This document shows positions 13,011 to 25,862 of a stretch of DNA of 64,000 bases, one piece after another. The translations under genes and the position numbers were made by a program. The stretch comes from Octopus sinensis (Eukaryota): positions 36,022,001 to 36,086,000 of the forward strand of contig NC_043010.1 in assembly GCF_006345805.1 (NCBI RefSeq). Direction: 5' to 3'. Position 1 is the first letter of the stretch. Each line of letters begins with the position of its first letter. The notes under the pieces were generated by a model. That model made no database searches, had not been told where the DNA came from, and saw only the letters and a program-made list of their open reading frames with translations.

Positions 13011-14214
13011 ACAGGCGCAAAAGCTATGTTGTTATCCTCATTCCATAACTGGTGGTTTTTAACCGGTGGAGAGCTGAACCATCCTGGGGTACAGAGGATT
13101 TGCAATCTAGACTAGGGTCTGAAAGTTTACCACACCATGGCTCTTCTGCTTTGTGGCAGAAGTATAAAGAAAGAGTGAGAGAAAGTTGTGGTGAAAAAGT
13201 ACAGCGGGGTTCACTCCCCACCAGAGCCTCGTGGAGCTTAGGTCTTTTTGCTCAATAAAGACTCACAATGCCCGGTCTGGGAATCGAAACCACATTCTTA
13301 CAACTGCGAGTCTGCTGCCCTAACCACCAGGCCATTGCACCTCCACTGATGTTGTTGTTACTGTCATTGTTTGTTGTTGTTGTTAATATGGCAAGCTAGC
13401 AGAATTGTTCAAGTGTCAGATAAAATGCCTAATGGTATCTTTTTTTTTTTCAATTCATTATGACTAAGTTAAAACACAACTAAGTTAAAAGTTAACTTCA
13501 CTTTTCACCCCTCTGGGTAGGGGGTAATTGATAAAATAAGGTACCAATTAAATACTGGAGTTGGTATTATCAACTCAGTACTTCCCCTCTGAAGTGCTGG
13601 CCTTGTGCCACATTATTATCACTATGATGATGATGATGATAATGATTGAGAGAGAGCAGTGCATGCCATCAAAGTGACACTGGGGTAAAACATATGAAGC
13701 CCAGTATACCCATCATGACTACCCGTCTGATAAGGGTGCACTAGGCACATGCGTCACAACCATATGTGTGCGACATGGTGATCTCATATCAAGATAAACA
13801 GCACATAACCTTGCAGGTGGGGTCCAGTAAGAATTTTCTTCTGGTCGAGTAACCCATCCTGCTCAAATGGTTCCTGAATAAAGGTTGTTTAAGGATGTTG
13901 AATGAAACACCTATGTTTCCAAAGGTGAATTATCCCACCCACAAAGAATTCCTTTCAACACACGGCTAAGATGCTCCCCCACTACTTCTTCTCGTGATCA
14001 GAGATGCACATATCGTCAACCACTAAGGGACACACTCAACTGGTTAAGGTCAAGCAAATCTGTGGTATTGAGCAGAATATTTGCTGTAGCCCATCTTTTG
14101 TACCAAGACAAAATGATGTACATGATAACACTTCCAATCAGTTAAGCTCAGAGACTATGAGAGCCGCTGCCTGAATCTGCATCAAGGCTATTATTATCAT
14201 CATCATCATCATCA

Positions 14215-14760
14215 TCATCATTATTATATATTTGACTTTTGCTTTGTATTTGTACAAGCTGACTCCAAGTCTCACCCAGAGACCTCAAGAGAAAACAATT
14301 TAGAAGTTCAAGTTGCTGTTATGCCTAGGGTGTCATACATTTGGTTTTGCACATAGTATTATTCTAGAGAATGTTTAAGAAAACATAAGTAAATTATGAG
14401 TTTGTTTTAAAATTTGAGATTACATAGACAGTATTTTGGGCAGTTACTATAAGCACTATCTTTTGAATTTCTGCCATTTCAGAGTTTCCTGGTATCTGAG
14501 CTAGGTAGCAGTCAGCCCCTTTTGCTATCATTCCTAGGGCACCTATGACAACATGTATTGTTTTAGTCTTGAGGTTCCACATTTTGCCAATTTCTATTTC
14601 AAGATCTTTATACTTGCTCAATTTTTGGTAGGTCTTGACAGATACATTTATATCGATTAGGACAGTCATATCAATGAGGAGGCATAATTTTTGCCTTTCA
14701 ATATAATGTCTGGCCTATTTGCATCTATCTTTCTGTCAGTTTGAATGGTGAAGTTCCAGA
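14215..14760 (-). mobile_element. R4/Dong-like non-LTR retrotransposon 3' remnant (restriction-like endonuclease C-terminus)
   Basis: KLSKYKDLEIEIGKMWNLKTKTIHVVIGALG...IQKIVL; (TAA/TGA)n tail. Confidence 0.75.
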
Positions 14761-15963
14761 GGAGATCATCATCATCATCATCATTATTATTATTTGAATT
14801 AAATTTGAGGTTGAACATTGATTTTTGTTTTGTTCTTTTTCATATTTGACATTAAGTGGGCCATGAATGATGAGAAAAAATAGCAGGTCAATCGCAATCC
14901 ATAGTCAAATATATAACACCCTAGGCATAACTTGTTGTCTCTTGAGGTCTCTGGGTGACCTATGATCAAAGGCAGTCCGACCATCTTTTATTCAGACATA
15001 GTCTGAATAAATATTTATTCAGACATAATCTATTAGTCAATGTATCCTTCCTTCTTAAGGCAGTTGCTTATTCTATATTACTCTGTAAGGAGCATAGGGT
15101 CAGTTTCTTTTGTTTCTCTGGCACATATATTCCTCCCTGGATGGGACGCCAGTCTGTTGCAGGGTTAGAACACTCAGTTTTACCTGCTGAATAAACTGGA
15201 GCAACATGAAATGAAATACTTTGTTCAAGAACACCAAGCATTACATGGACTAGGAATTGAAACCACAATCTTACAATCATGAGTCCAACACTCTAACCAC
15301 TAGGCCATGCCATACTCCTCCGTTTTTCTAAAGCTTTATGGTGTAATATTCAAAGGACGTTTGGCTGTTATTTCTTTTATGTTCAAACAGCAACACTAAA
15401 ATTCTCTGAATGGCGTGTAATTTTCATTGCTGCTATTTTTTTTTATCCTCCAGTTAATATGTTACAGTTCATCAAAAATTCTCTGTATATTGAAACCTGA
15501 GCTAATTGCCGAGGAAAAAAAAACCTAATGTCTTTATACTAATTACTTTGCTCTTTGCATTTAGTTCAGCTTCTAATTAGTAATTTAATGTGCCTACAGA
15601 ATGCTTTGTCTTATTTTTGTTTCTGTTCATGCATGATTAATACCACCCCCATTTCAATTATTTGTAATCTTAATCCAGTTGATTTTTTTAGCAAGTTGGG
15701 GACACCAACTCAAATCCATCACTCTTTATATTCCTATTATTTGCTTCAATTATCTTCTGTTTCCTCCTCCTCCTCCTCCTCATCATCATCATCATCATCA
15801 TCATCACCACCACCACCACCAACAACAACAACACCATCACCACCACCAACGCCACCACGCCAACTTACTCTAGGTAAGTACTGTAATGGATTACTGGGGC
15901 TCCAGACTTGTAGCCGAGATGGTAGTTATGGAGCCATTGCAGATTTCTGGTGCAGTGGATATA

Positions 15964-16360
15964 TCTTTATATATAAAAGAGAGGTTGTGTGCTGTCTGTC
16001 TCCTATGATTTAGATTCCTAACTACTCCCACATTTTGCGGTGCAGTTTAACCAAAACCGGGTATCTTATAGTCGTGATTCATATCGAGCCCTTCTGGGTA
16101 TTAGCGCACGTCTACGATGAGTCTACAATTTAAAAAAAATTTACCATCAACTTTTCCCATTTTTAATGCATTTTTGGCATATATAAGGAAAGTAACTCTC
16201 TAAAAATTTATTATTAAATCTCAGAACGTAAAAAGCTACAGTAACACCACCCCCCTTTGTGGTTAGCCATATTGAGATGGCTATTATACTTTACATCTCT
16301 AAAAATGCTTATATAGTTATTTCCCTTACAAACCTGAGCAACACCGGGCGATACTGCTAG
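15964..16360 (+). mobile_element. Non-autonomous Helitron-like element (related 3' ends at ~19128-19165 minus and ~57805-57835)
   Basis: 5' TCtttatatataaaag inserted after A; 3' GC-rich tract then CTAG followed by T; no TSD. Confidence 0.7.
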
Positions 16361-16369
16361 TAATTGTTA

Positions 16370-16560
16370 AAGAGGACAACAAACATTAAGGCAAGTCAAA
16401 CATCTCAAGTCATATACGTCATTATTATTATTGGAAAAGATTCAAAGTCTTACAGCTGTTTCTGGGATATCCCAAAGTATGGGATATTCTGTCATCAGAG
16501 ACAAATAGGGAAAATGAGAAAAGTATATATATTAATGAAATGATGACATAGAGGAAGGGA
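16370..16560 (-). mobile_element. Penelope-like element (PLE) terminal-repeat remnant; related pieces at ~25480-25950 and ~26000-26330
   Basis: Contains a CTGATGA...GAAACAGCTGTA hammerhead-type motif typical of PLE pseudo-LTRs; no RT or GIY-YIG ORF is visible. Confidence 0.55.
16447..16502 (-). ncRNA. Type I minimal hammerhead ribozyme motif
   Basis: GTCT-CTGATGA-caga[ATATCCCA tactt TGGGATAT]ccca-GAAA-CAGCTG-TA-AGAC: complete core, 4-bp stem I, 8-bp stem II, palindromic stem III. Confidence 0.65.
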
Positions 16561-17065
16561 GTAAAGGAATAAGGAAATGAAGAGAGTTGTGTGGTAAGTA
16601 GCTTGCTTACCAACCACATGGTTCCAGAAAAATCTGTAGAAAATCTGCTTCTCCTTCCTCTTTTTATCTTCCTCTTCTCTTTGAAAAATGCTATCTCGAA
16701 ACTCAAAATGAATTAAAATTACTTTTCTGATTGAATCATATCATTGAAATTCTTAATAATTAAAACATTTTGAAAACCTCACTGTGATAAAAAAATATGT
16801 ATTAAATTGGAAGTTTTAAGAATTTTCTAGGCAGCTTAGACTTCAATAATTGTTTTCTTTTACTAAAAGTTACAGACTCATAACTAATTAATTAGTGGCT
16901 TTCTCTATTATAGTATAGAAAATTTGGAGAAACGCCTTCTAGCAGATAATTCAACATGCACCTCTTCATCTGCTAGACAAAATGCTCCCATTCTATTTCA
17001 TTTTCTATTCCATTCCTTGAGTGAGGTGGTCAGTATAAGTGGCAGAGTGAAGTTTGACTTACTTA

Positions 17066-17636
17066 TATTGGGTTGTCTTGAAAGTTTGTGCCAATTTTTA
17101 AAGGAAAGAAAAAGATCAATTAATACTTGCCATTACATTTTTAATCAACCAGATATGAACCATTTTGTTGCACAATGCGTCTTCATCTTTCCTTTTAATT
17201 TGAAAACACCCTCTTCCCAGAATTGAGGTGATTTCACGGCAAAGAATTCATCAAGGTATCTTTTTACATCATCCAAGGAATTGAAATTTTTACCATTAAG
17301 ACTATTCTGCAGAGACCTGAATAAGTAGAAATCCGAAGGAGCAATATCTGGTGAATATGGAGTGTGGGGTAACACATCCCAGCCGAGCTGCAGCAATTTT
17401 TGGCTGGTTCCCAAAGCATCAAGTGCCGAAAATGAACTTTCTTATCTTCCATTTTAAAGGGTTACAAAATTAACAGAGGTTATAGGAACATAAACCTTCT
17501 TCCACAAAAAGATAGCTTAAACTGTACTCTAAATGGAGGTATAGTCAAATCCTATTTTATGGACTCGACCATATTCTAAAGTAAGTCGAAATGTAAGCTA
17601 CTATAAATCGGCAAGAACTTTCCAGACAACCCAATA
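17066..17636 (-). mobile_element. Non-autonomous mariner (internally deleted), TA-flanked
   Basis: TIRs tattgggttgtc..gaaagtt / aactttcc.gacaacccaata; transposase C-terminus LGWDVLPHTPYSPDIAPSDFYLF. Confidence 0.9.
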
Positions 17637-17989
17637 TTTAATTATTCCAGAAAGGTGGTTGGTGTAAGAGGCAATAATGAAGTATGTATTACTTGGGAGG
17701 TGGGGCGGGTGTAATAAGTGACAGGGGGAAGAGCTCAGTGTTTCAGTTACATTTAGTGATATACCTACAGAAGCTCAGTCATATTAAGAACCATTGTCAT
17801 CATCATCATTAGTTCTCCCCTACATCTTTCTTTAGTCTCCAGTGACTTAAAATACACAAACAGTTTTTATATTTCATGTTCTTTTTAATTAAAAATCTGA
17901 CATATACACGTTCATGTTTAAATAGATTTGTCTCTAAAGTGAGAAAGATATTCCGTGTGGTGGAAATGTCAGCTGGCTAAATGAGATCA

Positions 17990-18895
17990 ACGACAACGAC
18001 AACAACAACAATAACTACTAAAACAACAGCAGTAGCAACAACTGGAAATAAAACAATAACTAAAACAACACCAAAAAAAAAGCAACAGTAGTACCAACAA
18101 TGACAACACTAGCAGCAACAACAAAACAAATCAATAACAACAATAATGATGACAAGAATAGCAACAACAACAACACAACAAAATAGATTAAACAACAACA
18201 ATAACAATGACAACAACAACTATAAAAAATACTGATAACAAGAAAGCAATAGCAACCATGATGACAACGACAACAACAATAAAAACCACAACAACTATAA
18301 AAAATAACAACAACAACAACAATAACAAATAACAACAACATCAACAAGAACAACAATAGCAATTGCAGCATCAATGAGAACAACAACAGCAACAATAAAA
18401 ATCAACAATGATAACAGCCAGAAGCAAACTCGACAGCAACAACAAGAACGGCTGACAAAACCAGAGCAACAACAACAACAAGAACGGCTGACAAAACCAG
18501 AGCAACAACAACAACAGCAGCAGTAACAACCACAATGACAACAACAACAAGATCTACAGCATTTATGGGAAGGACGATGACAACAGCAACAACAACAACA
18601 ACGGCAACAACAATGGTGGCAACTACAAGAAAAAATGCTTTCAGTGAGAACAAGAGCAAAATCAATAACTGCAGCAAGGATAACTTTAAGAGCAGCCAGT
18701 GACATCATCATCATCATCATCATCATCTTCATCTTCATCTTCTTCTTCTTCTCTTTCTTCTTCTTCTTCTTCTTCTTTGTCTTCTTCTCCTTCTTCCTCT
18801 TCTTTTCCTTCTTCTCCTCCTTCTTCTTTTCTTTCCACTTCTTCTTCTTCTCTCCTCCTCCTCCTCCTTCTTCTTCTTCTTTGTCATCATTTAAC
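17990..18895. repeat. Degenerate (CAA)n then (CAT)/(CTT)n trinucleotide tract
   Basis: Low-complexity triplet repeats with a local duplication of ~33-35 bp near 18446/18481. Confidence 0.9.
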
Positions 18896-19259
18896 ATCCT
18901 TCTTCCATGTTGGCACGAGTCAACTGGTTCAGCTGAATCCAGTAAACTGGAGAACTGTGTTGGGCTCCAATGCTTGTTTTGGCATGGTCTCTATGACTGG
19001 ATGTCCTTCTTTCTACCAAAAAACTTTACTGAGCACTGGTTACCTTTCTTTTTTTTTTTACTTTACTTTACATGGTACCAACACTATGGAGGTTACCATG
19101 CAATATTTGCTTTCATATATAAAAACAACTAGCAGTATAGCCCAGCGGTGCTCAGGTTTGTTTTTCAGTCATACTTAAAACAGCAGACTTTGATGTCGCA
19201 TTAACAAAGTTTTGACACAGTTTCAATCTATGAATAAAAGTATAGTGTGGCGATGACTC

Positions 19260-19700
19260 GACTTTGCTCTGAATGAAGAAATTGAAGAAATGGAAAGTCT
19301 TCTTTTTCATCGGCATGCTACTATTTGTTAAGAAATCACTCAAGAGAAAGTGTTATCTTTGTTTGAGGACCTGAAGAAACAAATATCCAAATGAGAAGGA
19401 TGTAGAGTTCAAGGCAAGTCAAGGATGGTTCGTGAGATTTAAAGAGCAAAGAAGTCATCATTCCATTAAGAAGCAAGGTGAAAGTGCATCAGGTGATAAA
19501 CAAGCAGCAGCAGGATTTCCAAATGCATTTTTTAAAAATCATCAAAGAAAATGGGTTTCTTCCCAAACAGATTTTTAATGTAGATGAAAATGGATTGTAT
19601 TGGAAAAAATTGCCAGGCCTTTCATTCATTTCCAATGAGAAGAAAACTATTCCAGGCTACAAGGTCTCAAAAGAATGTGTCTCTAATTGCAAACTGCATT
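19260..19700 (+). mobile_element. Tigger/pogo-like transposase remnant
   Basis: EFKASQGWF..KQGESAS..QIFNVDENGLYWKKLP..IPGYKVSKE. Confidence 0.8.
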
Positions 19701-20402
19701 CATAATTATAGTGTCCATGATGTACAGTAAACTCCACCAAATTGTATTTGTAAATTCAGATTACTTTTTTTTTTACTGTACTGTATTAAAAAATAAAAAT
19801 TATTTGTTTGTAAACTTAAAATAGGTTTTTATTAACCATGTATTATTGAAAATGCATTCATAAATAAAGTTCAAAACTGAGAATGGTAATTATTGGCTTA
19901 ACCTAGAAACAGGAAAATTCAACCAAGCCTAGCCTAGAGACAAGTTAATTCGACTTGAGCCGTGTCTCCTGGAACCCATTAACAACGTAGAGTGAGGTAT
20001 GCCTATATATGTATATGTGTGTGTGTGTTTACCAAATAAGCAAATAAAAATCCAAGCCTTACATTCTTGGATATACATATATACATAGTGAGAACTTACA
20101 AGAAAAACAAAAGACAAAGACGGGTGTATAAACAACAAATAGATGTATTAGTTTAACACTTGGGAAGTGAGAAAGTCTTTTACATTTTGAGCCAATGCTC
20201 TTCTGCAGAAAGGAACACAGAAATAAACAGGGAGAAAAAATAAAAGAGGGTTAGTGGCTGGTGATCTATCATGGTGAAAATGAACTGAATAACAAAGTGG
20301 ATACACACAGGTAAGCATTAGACTGGCATACAGACAGAGTAAGGGACAGAAAGTCAAAAAGACTGAGAGATAGTGGGGAGAGAGAAGGAGAAAGAATGAT
20401 AG

Positions 20403-20635
20403 TGGTGAGCTGGAAGAAACGTTAGCAAGCCGGGTGAAATGCTTAGCGGTATTTTGTCTGCCGCTACGTTCTGAGTTCAAATTCCGCCGAGGTCAACTTT
20501 GCCTTTCATCCTTTCGGGGACGGTTAAATAAGTACCAGTTACGCACTGGGGTCGATATAATTGACTTAATCCATTTGTCTGTCCTTGTTTGTCCTCTCTG
20601 CGTTTGGCCCCTTGTGGGTAGTAAAGAAATAGGTA
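20403..20635 (+). mobile_element. tRNA-derived SINE with Meta-like central domain (many copies; three in tandem at 49370-50080)
   Basis: gttctgagttcaaattcc B-box and central gcctttcatcctttcggggtcgataaa..taagtaccag repeated more than 15 times in the window. Confidence 0.75.
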
Positions 20636-21199
20636 GATAGGTAGACAGAGAGACCGACAGGTATATCGATGGATGGATGAGTGGGTTTGGATGGATAGAT
20701 CAGAGAGACAGACAATTAGATGGATGGGTCAGATAGAAAGACAGATGGATCAGAGTGAGAGAGAGATACACACAAATATAAAGAGACAGACAGACATAAA
20801 GATGCAATAAGTGAAAGAGAGAGAGAGAAGCATAAAAAAAAACCTACTTTTGACAAACTGAGAAATAAAGAAAAATAGCAAGAAATTAGAACAGAAAAAA
20901 AGAAGGTGGTAGGGTAGTGGGAGAGATGTAGATTATTCATCAGGACAAGATTTGTGGGCGAGGGTGAGGTGAGGTGGGGGTGGGTTGGAGGAGATGAAAC
21001 AGTCCACCAAACTGTTTATGGTCATTATTTTATCTTCATTTCATGTGTTTTATAGACTTTGGTCTTCATTTATGAGTTCCCGTTATTAGATTTGAATTTA
21101 GGTTTACTGTATATTGGGAGTGAAGTTAGATGGGGTAGAAGTTAGATTTGAGGGTAAAGGTGAAGGATATTACACATATTAGAAATGCAAGTGCTGGAA

Positions 21200-21725
21200 G
21201 AAGCAGCAGCAGCAGCACTAGTAGTAGTGGTGGTGACAGTAGTAGTCATGGTGGTGGTGGTGGTGGCTGTAGTAGTCATGGTGGTGGTGGTGGTGGTGGG
21301 GTGGTGGTGGCTGTAGTAGTCGTGGTGGTGGTGGTGGTGGCTGTAGTAGTCATGGTGGTGGTGGTGGTGGTGGCTATAGTAGTAGTAGTAATAGTAGTAG
21401 TAGTGTTTGTTGTTGTAGAAGTAGTGATGGTGGTGGTGGTTGCTGTAGTAGTAGTAGTAGTGGCAGTATTTGTTGTTGTAGTAGAAGTAGTAGTAGTGGT
21501 GGTAGCAGTCATGGTAGTGGTAGTGGCGGTGGTTGTAGTAGTAGTAGTAGTAGCAGTAGTATTTGTTGTAGTAGTAGTAGTAGTAGTAGTAGTAGTAATA
21601 TTAGCAGTAGTATTTGTTGCTATTCTAGTAGTAGAAGTAGTAGTGGTGGTGGTAGTAATCATGGTGGTGATGGCAGTGGTTTTAGTAGTAGTATTTGTTG
21701 TTGTAGTAGTAGTAGTAGCAGTTTA
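21200..21725. repeat. (GTA/GTG)n trinucleotide tract
   Basis: Directly visible. Confidence 0.95.
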
Positions 21726-22062
21726 ACACCACTACCACCACCCCCAGATCAGTTCTTATCAAACTGACCTATAATTGAAAGACTGTCCCAACATTTTTTT
21801 AAGCCAGTGTTTCAAAGCTGTACATAATCCAAAGTATTCTTTTTCACTTCCTCTCTCTTTTTTTTTCTTCTCTTGTTCTTCCTTAAAATGCAATTTAAGA
21901 AAGATTCGGCTGTTCATTATCATCCTGTTTTAAATCCAGGGTGGGGGGTTGTCCCCCTTAATGGGGGTGGCAGGATCTACCTCAAGCCAACCCTCCCAAT
22001 CTCCTCCTCCATCTGTCCCCTCCATGTTTTCTTCAGTCTACCTCACTTTTGTGGTCCATTTA

Positions 22063-23214
22063 TCTCAAACTCAAGCACCCTCCTTCGAACATGCTCCTCA
22101 TCACATGCCCATACCACTGCACTCTATTCGTCCTTGACAGACATTCCACCAATTCCTCCAACCCCAGCATCCCCATCAAGTTCCTCCACACATTTCTCTC
22201 ACCATTGCTCTCTCAGTCCTTCTCAAAATTACCATCTTTCTCTCTCTCTCTCTCTCTCTCTCTTAGACACTATGCCTCACTCCTGCCTTCCTGAGCCAGT
22301 TTTCCACAGCATTTCTTGAAAATCATAGTAGAGGCCTTGGTCTCAGGACCACTCATGTCTAGAAACTGAGGTTGGGAGTAAGCAAGGGCATGCTCCCTGT
22401 AGAAAATCCAGCTCCAAAAAAGCCTCATTATAGAGCTGTTATTTCTTTCAAATCAAATGAATGATACAACATAACCATTTTTCTCAAACTCAAGCAACCT
22501 TCTCCAAACATGCTCCTCGTCTCTCCTCAACACAGGCCCATTCCACCGCACTCCATTCACCTTTGTCAGTCATTCCACTGATTCCTCCAGCCCCAGCATC
22601 CCCATCAAGTCCTCAGTTCTCCTCTTATCAAACACATTTCTCTCACCATTGCTCTCTCTCGGTCCTTCTCAAAATTGCCATCTCTCTCTCCCTGCCTTCC
22701 TGAGCCAGTTTTTCACCACATTTCTTAAAAATCATGGTAGAGGTCTTGGTCTCGGGACCACTCATGCCTAGAAACTGAGGTTGGGAGTAAGCAAGGGCAT
22801 GCTCCCTGTAGAAAATCCAGCTCTGAGAAAGCCTCATTATAGAGCTGTTATTTCTTACAAATGTGGAGGCGCAATGGCCCAGTGGTTAGGGCAGTGGACT
22901 CGCAGTCGGAAGATCACCATTTTGATTCCCAGATATGGTGTTGTGTGTGTTTATTGAGCGAAAACACCTAAAAACTCCACAAGGTTCTGGCAGGTGGTGG
23001 TGACCCCTGTTGTACTCTTTCGCCACAACTTTCTCTCACTCTCTCTTCCTGTTTCTTGAGTAACGCTGCGATGGACTGGTGTCCCGTTCAGCTGGGGGGA
23101 ACACATACCCCACAGAAACCGGGAAACCGGGCCCATGAGCCTGGCTAGGCTTGATAAGGGCAACATTTATTGCTATTTCTTACAAATCAAATGAATGATA
23201 GAACATAGCCATTT
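22063..23214 (+). repeat. 419-bp tandem duplication; second unit interrupted by a SINE
   Basis: tctcaaactcaagca recurs at 22063 and 22482 with colinear similarity throughout. Confidence 0.85.
22863..23173 (+). mobile_element. tRNA-derived V-type SINE with 14-bp TSD (also 26500-26810 minus, 13090-13345 minus, 42960-43200)
   Basis: Head gcaatggcccagtggttagg; V-like gatggactggtgtcccg; TSD tatttcttacaaat at 22849-22862 and 23174-23187. Confidence 0.75.
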
Positions 23215-24984
23215 TCTCAAATTCAGAATTGTGAAAGCATGGAATAAACCAGCTGTGTCAGTTTTTGAATTTATGGGCATGGAATCCTTTGAAAATACCA
23301 TTTTTCTTGAAATTCCCCAACATTATTTCTGATGTGCTTTTTTTTACCTTTTATCTTTTATTTGTTTCAGTTATTTGACTGCGGCTATGCTGGGGCACCG
23401 CTTTGAAAGGTTTCAGTTGAACAAATGCCCCCCACCCCCCACCCATGACTTCTCTTTTTTAAACCTGGTACTTATTCTATCGGTCTCTTTTGCTGAACCA
23501 TCAAGTTACAGAGATGTAAATATACCAACACTGGTTGTCAAGTGGTAGTGGTGGTGGTGGGGACAAAGACAGACACACATAGATATATACATGTGTGTAT
23601 ATATACATACACAATGGGCTTCTTTCAGTTTTTTTTCTTTTTTGCCCACAATGGGCTAAACATAGAGGGGACAAACAAGGACAGATAAAGGGACTAAGTC
23701 GTTTACATCGACCCCAGTGCGTAACTGGTACTTAGTTTATTGACCCCGAAAGGATGAAAGGCAAAGTCGACCTCGGCGGAATTTGAACTCAGAACATTAA
23801 AGACAGACGAAATACCGCTAAGCATTTTGCCCAGAATGCTAATGTTTCTGCCAGCTCATTGCCTTCTTTCAGTTTCTGACTACCAAATCAACTCACAAGG
23901 TTTTGGTTGGCCTGAGGCTATAGCAGAAGACACTTGCCCAAGATGCCACACAGTAAGATTGAACCTGGAGCCACGTGGATGGGAAGCAAACTTCTTACCA
24001 CACAGCCATGCTTGCACCCTTTCTTCTTTAGAGCTCTTTTACTGTTCATTTTACTCTATTTCCCTATGTACTCTGCATGCAGTTTTGGGTTTTATTTGTT
24101 TTTCTATACCAGACTTATTGCAGCTTTCTTGTCTCCTCTTTTATTCTTTTCCAACAAGCTGTAGTGCACCTGAGCTCTGTATACAATAAGCTCTTTATTA
24201 TTATTATGACGTTTTTTTTTTATTGACATATGGTTAAGAAGTTCAAACATAGAAAATAGAGATAGTTAGATTGACATAGATAAGTAGCTATATTGATCCA
24301 TAATATTATTTTTAATAGCTGCAGACAGCACAGCTGTGTTCAAATTCTTTACAGTACAAAATATAACATTTTATAAACTTTATGCGCAGAGGAATCTGGA
24401 TAAAGCTACACCTATCTCCAGTTGAAACATTTGCAAGTTGTAGGTAGCAAATAAATAAAATGAAGCTGCTATACCCCATCATCAAATGTAGTGAGTATTT
24501 TTCTAAGATTCACAGGTAAGTTCTGTAGCTTACCAACAAAGAGCAGTACATGGTTGCCTGCATAATGAGAGCTAGTAAGGATCTTCATGAGGCAGTATGC
24601 CAGGTGAAATTACTGCGTTTACTTCACAACTTGTGAAATTTGTGTTCTTGTGATCATGTGTATGCCATAGTCTGCAGTTTTGTCATGGACAGGAACAAAA
24701 TGTGGACATAAAATTTTGCATTAACCTTTTTGTTACCAACCTGGCTGAAACCGACTCTGGCTCTGTAGTACAAATGTCTTGTTTTCATAAATTTTTAATT
24801 AAAATATTCCACCAAACCATAGTCACAATTAATGGTCTCTGACACTAGCTTAATGATAACTAAGTTATTTTACTAAATTTTTTGTTATATCTAAAGCAAT
24901 TGAGAAAAACACAGAGCATCTCAAAATAAATACAGTAACAAAAGAGTTAAACTTAGGAAGTCTGCTATTTAGCCAGATTTAGCA

Positions 24985-25250
24985 CCTGTGAATGTCCATC
25001 TCTTCCCTGAGATGAAAATGCAGATCAAAGGTTACCGTTTTAACACCATAGTCAGGATCCAGAGTAAGTCACAAAAGGTCCTCAACTTGCTTATGGAAAA
25101 CAACTTCCAGGCCAAGTTCCAAAAGTGGCAGGAATGCTGGGGCCAGTGTATTGCTGTGCAAGGCAAGAATTTTAAAGGAGATGATGTTAAAACTTAGGTA
25201 AATAAGTTATTTTTTATTAAACATAATAAGTCTGGGGACTTTTTGGTACC
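24985..25250 (+). mobile_element. Mariner transposase 3' remnant
   Basis: LFPEMK..IKGYRF..IQ..FQKWQECW..CIAVQGKNFKGD, ending in TIR-like ggggactttttggta. Confidence 0.75.
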
Positions 25251-25764
25251 ACTAAGGTATGACTAAGGATACCTATATTATTACATAAACTGAGGCATGG
25301 CTGTGTGCATAAGAAGTTTGTTTCCCAGCCATGTGGTTTGGGGTTCATTTATACTGCATGGTACTTTGGGCAACTGTCTATTGTACACTTAGGTTGACTA
25401 AAGCCTTGTGAGTGAATTGGTAGGCAGAAACTGGATATATATATATATATATGTATATGTATATATACAAAATAAGAAAATGGAGGAACAGATTCCTTTC
25501 AATCATCGACTTACAGATATTACCAATTCATATTGTTTATTAACTACATAAATAGGAACATCCAAATCCAACAAAATAAAACAATATACATCAATAAGTA
25601 AGATAGTACTATAAAATGGATCTTACAGCTGTTTCAGCCTGTAGATAAAGGTATCTCATTCTGCCTATATTAGTCAGATGTATTGAGGTTATATGCAGGT
25701 AAAAATGAGTTATATATATATATATATATACACATACACACAATATATATATATAACTAAATAA

Positions 25765-25795
<31 letters not shown>

Positions 25796-25819
25796 TACAC
25801 ACAATATAATATATAACTA

Positions 25820-25862
<43 letters not shown>

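Noticed and set aside
18060-19178. Long Cys-, Lys-, Ser- or Leu-rich ORFs
   Set aside because: They are by-products of trinucleotide microsatellites with no splice or domain support.
21148-21726. Poly-Val and poly-Thr (mucin-like) ORFs
   Set aside because: (GTA/GTG)n repeat artefact.
22863-22935. tRNA gene
   Set aside because: It is the tRNA-derived head of a SINE with a decayed B box, continuing into a repeat body with a TSD.
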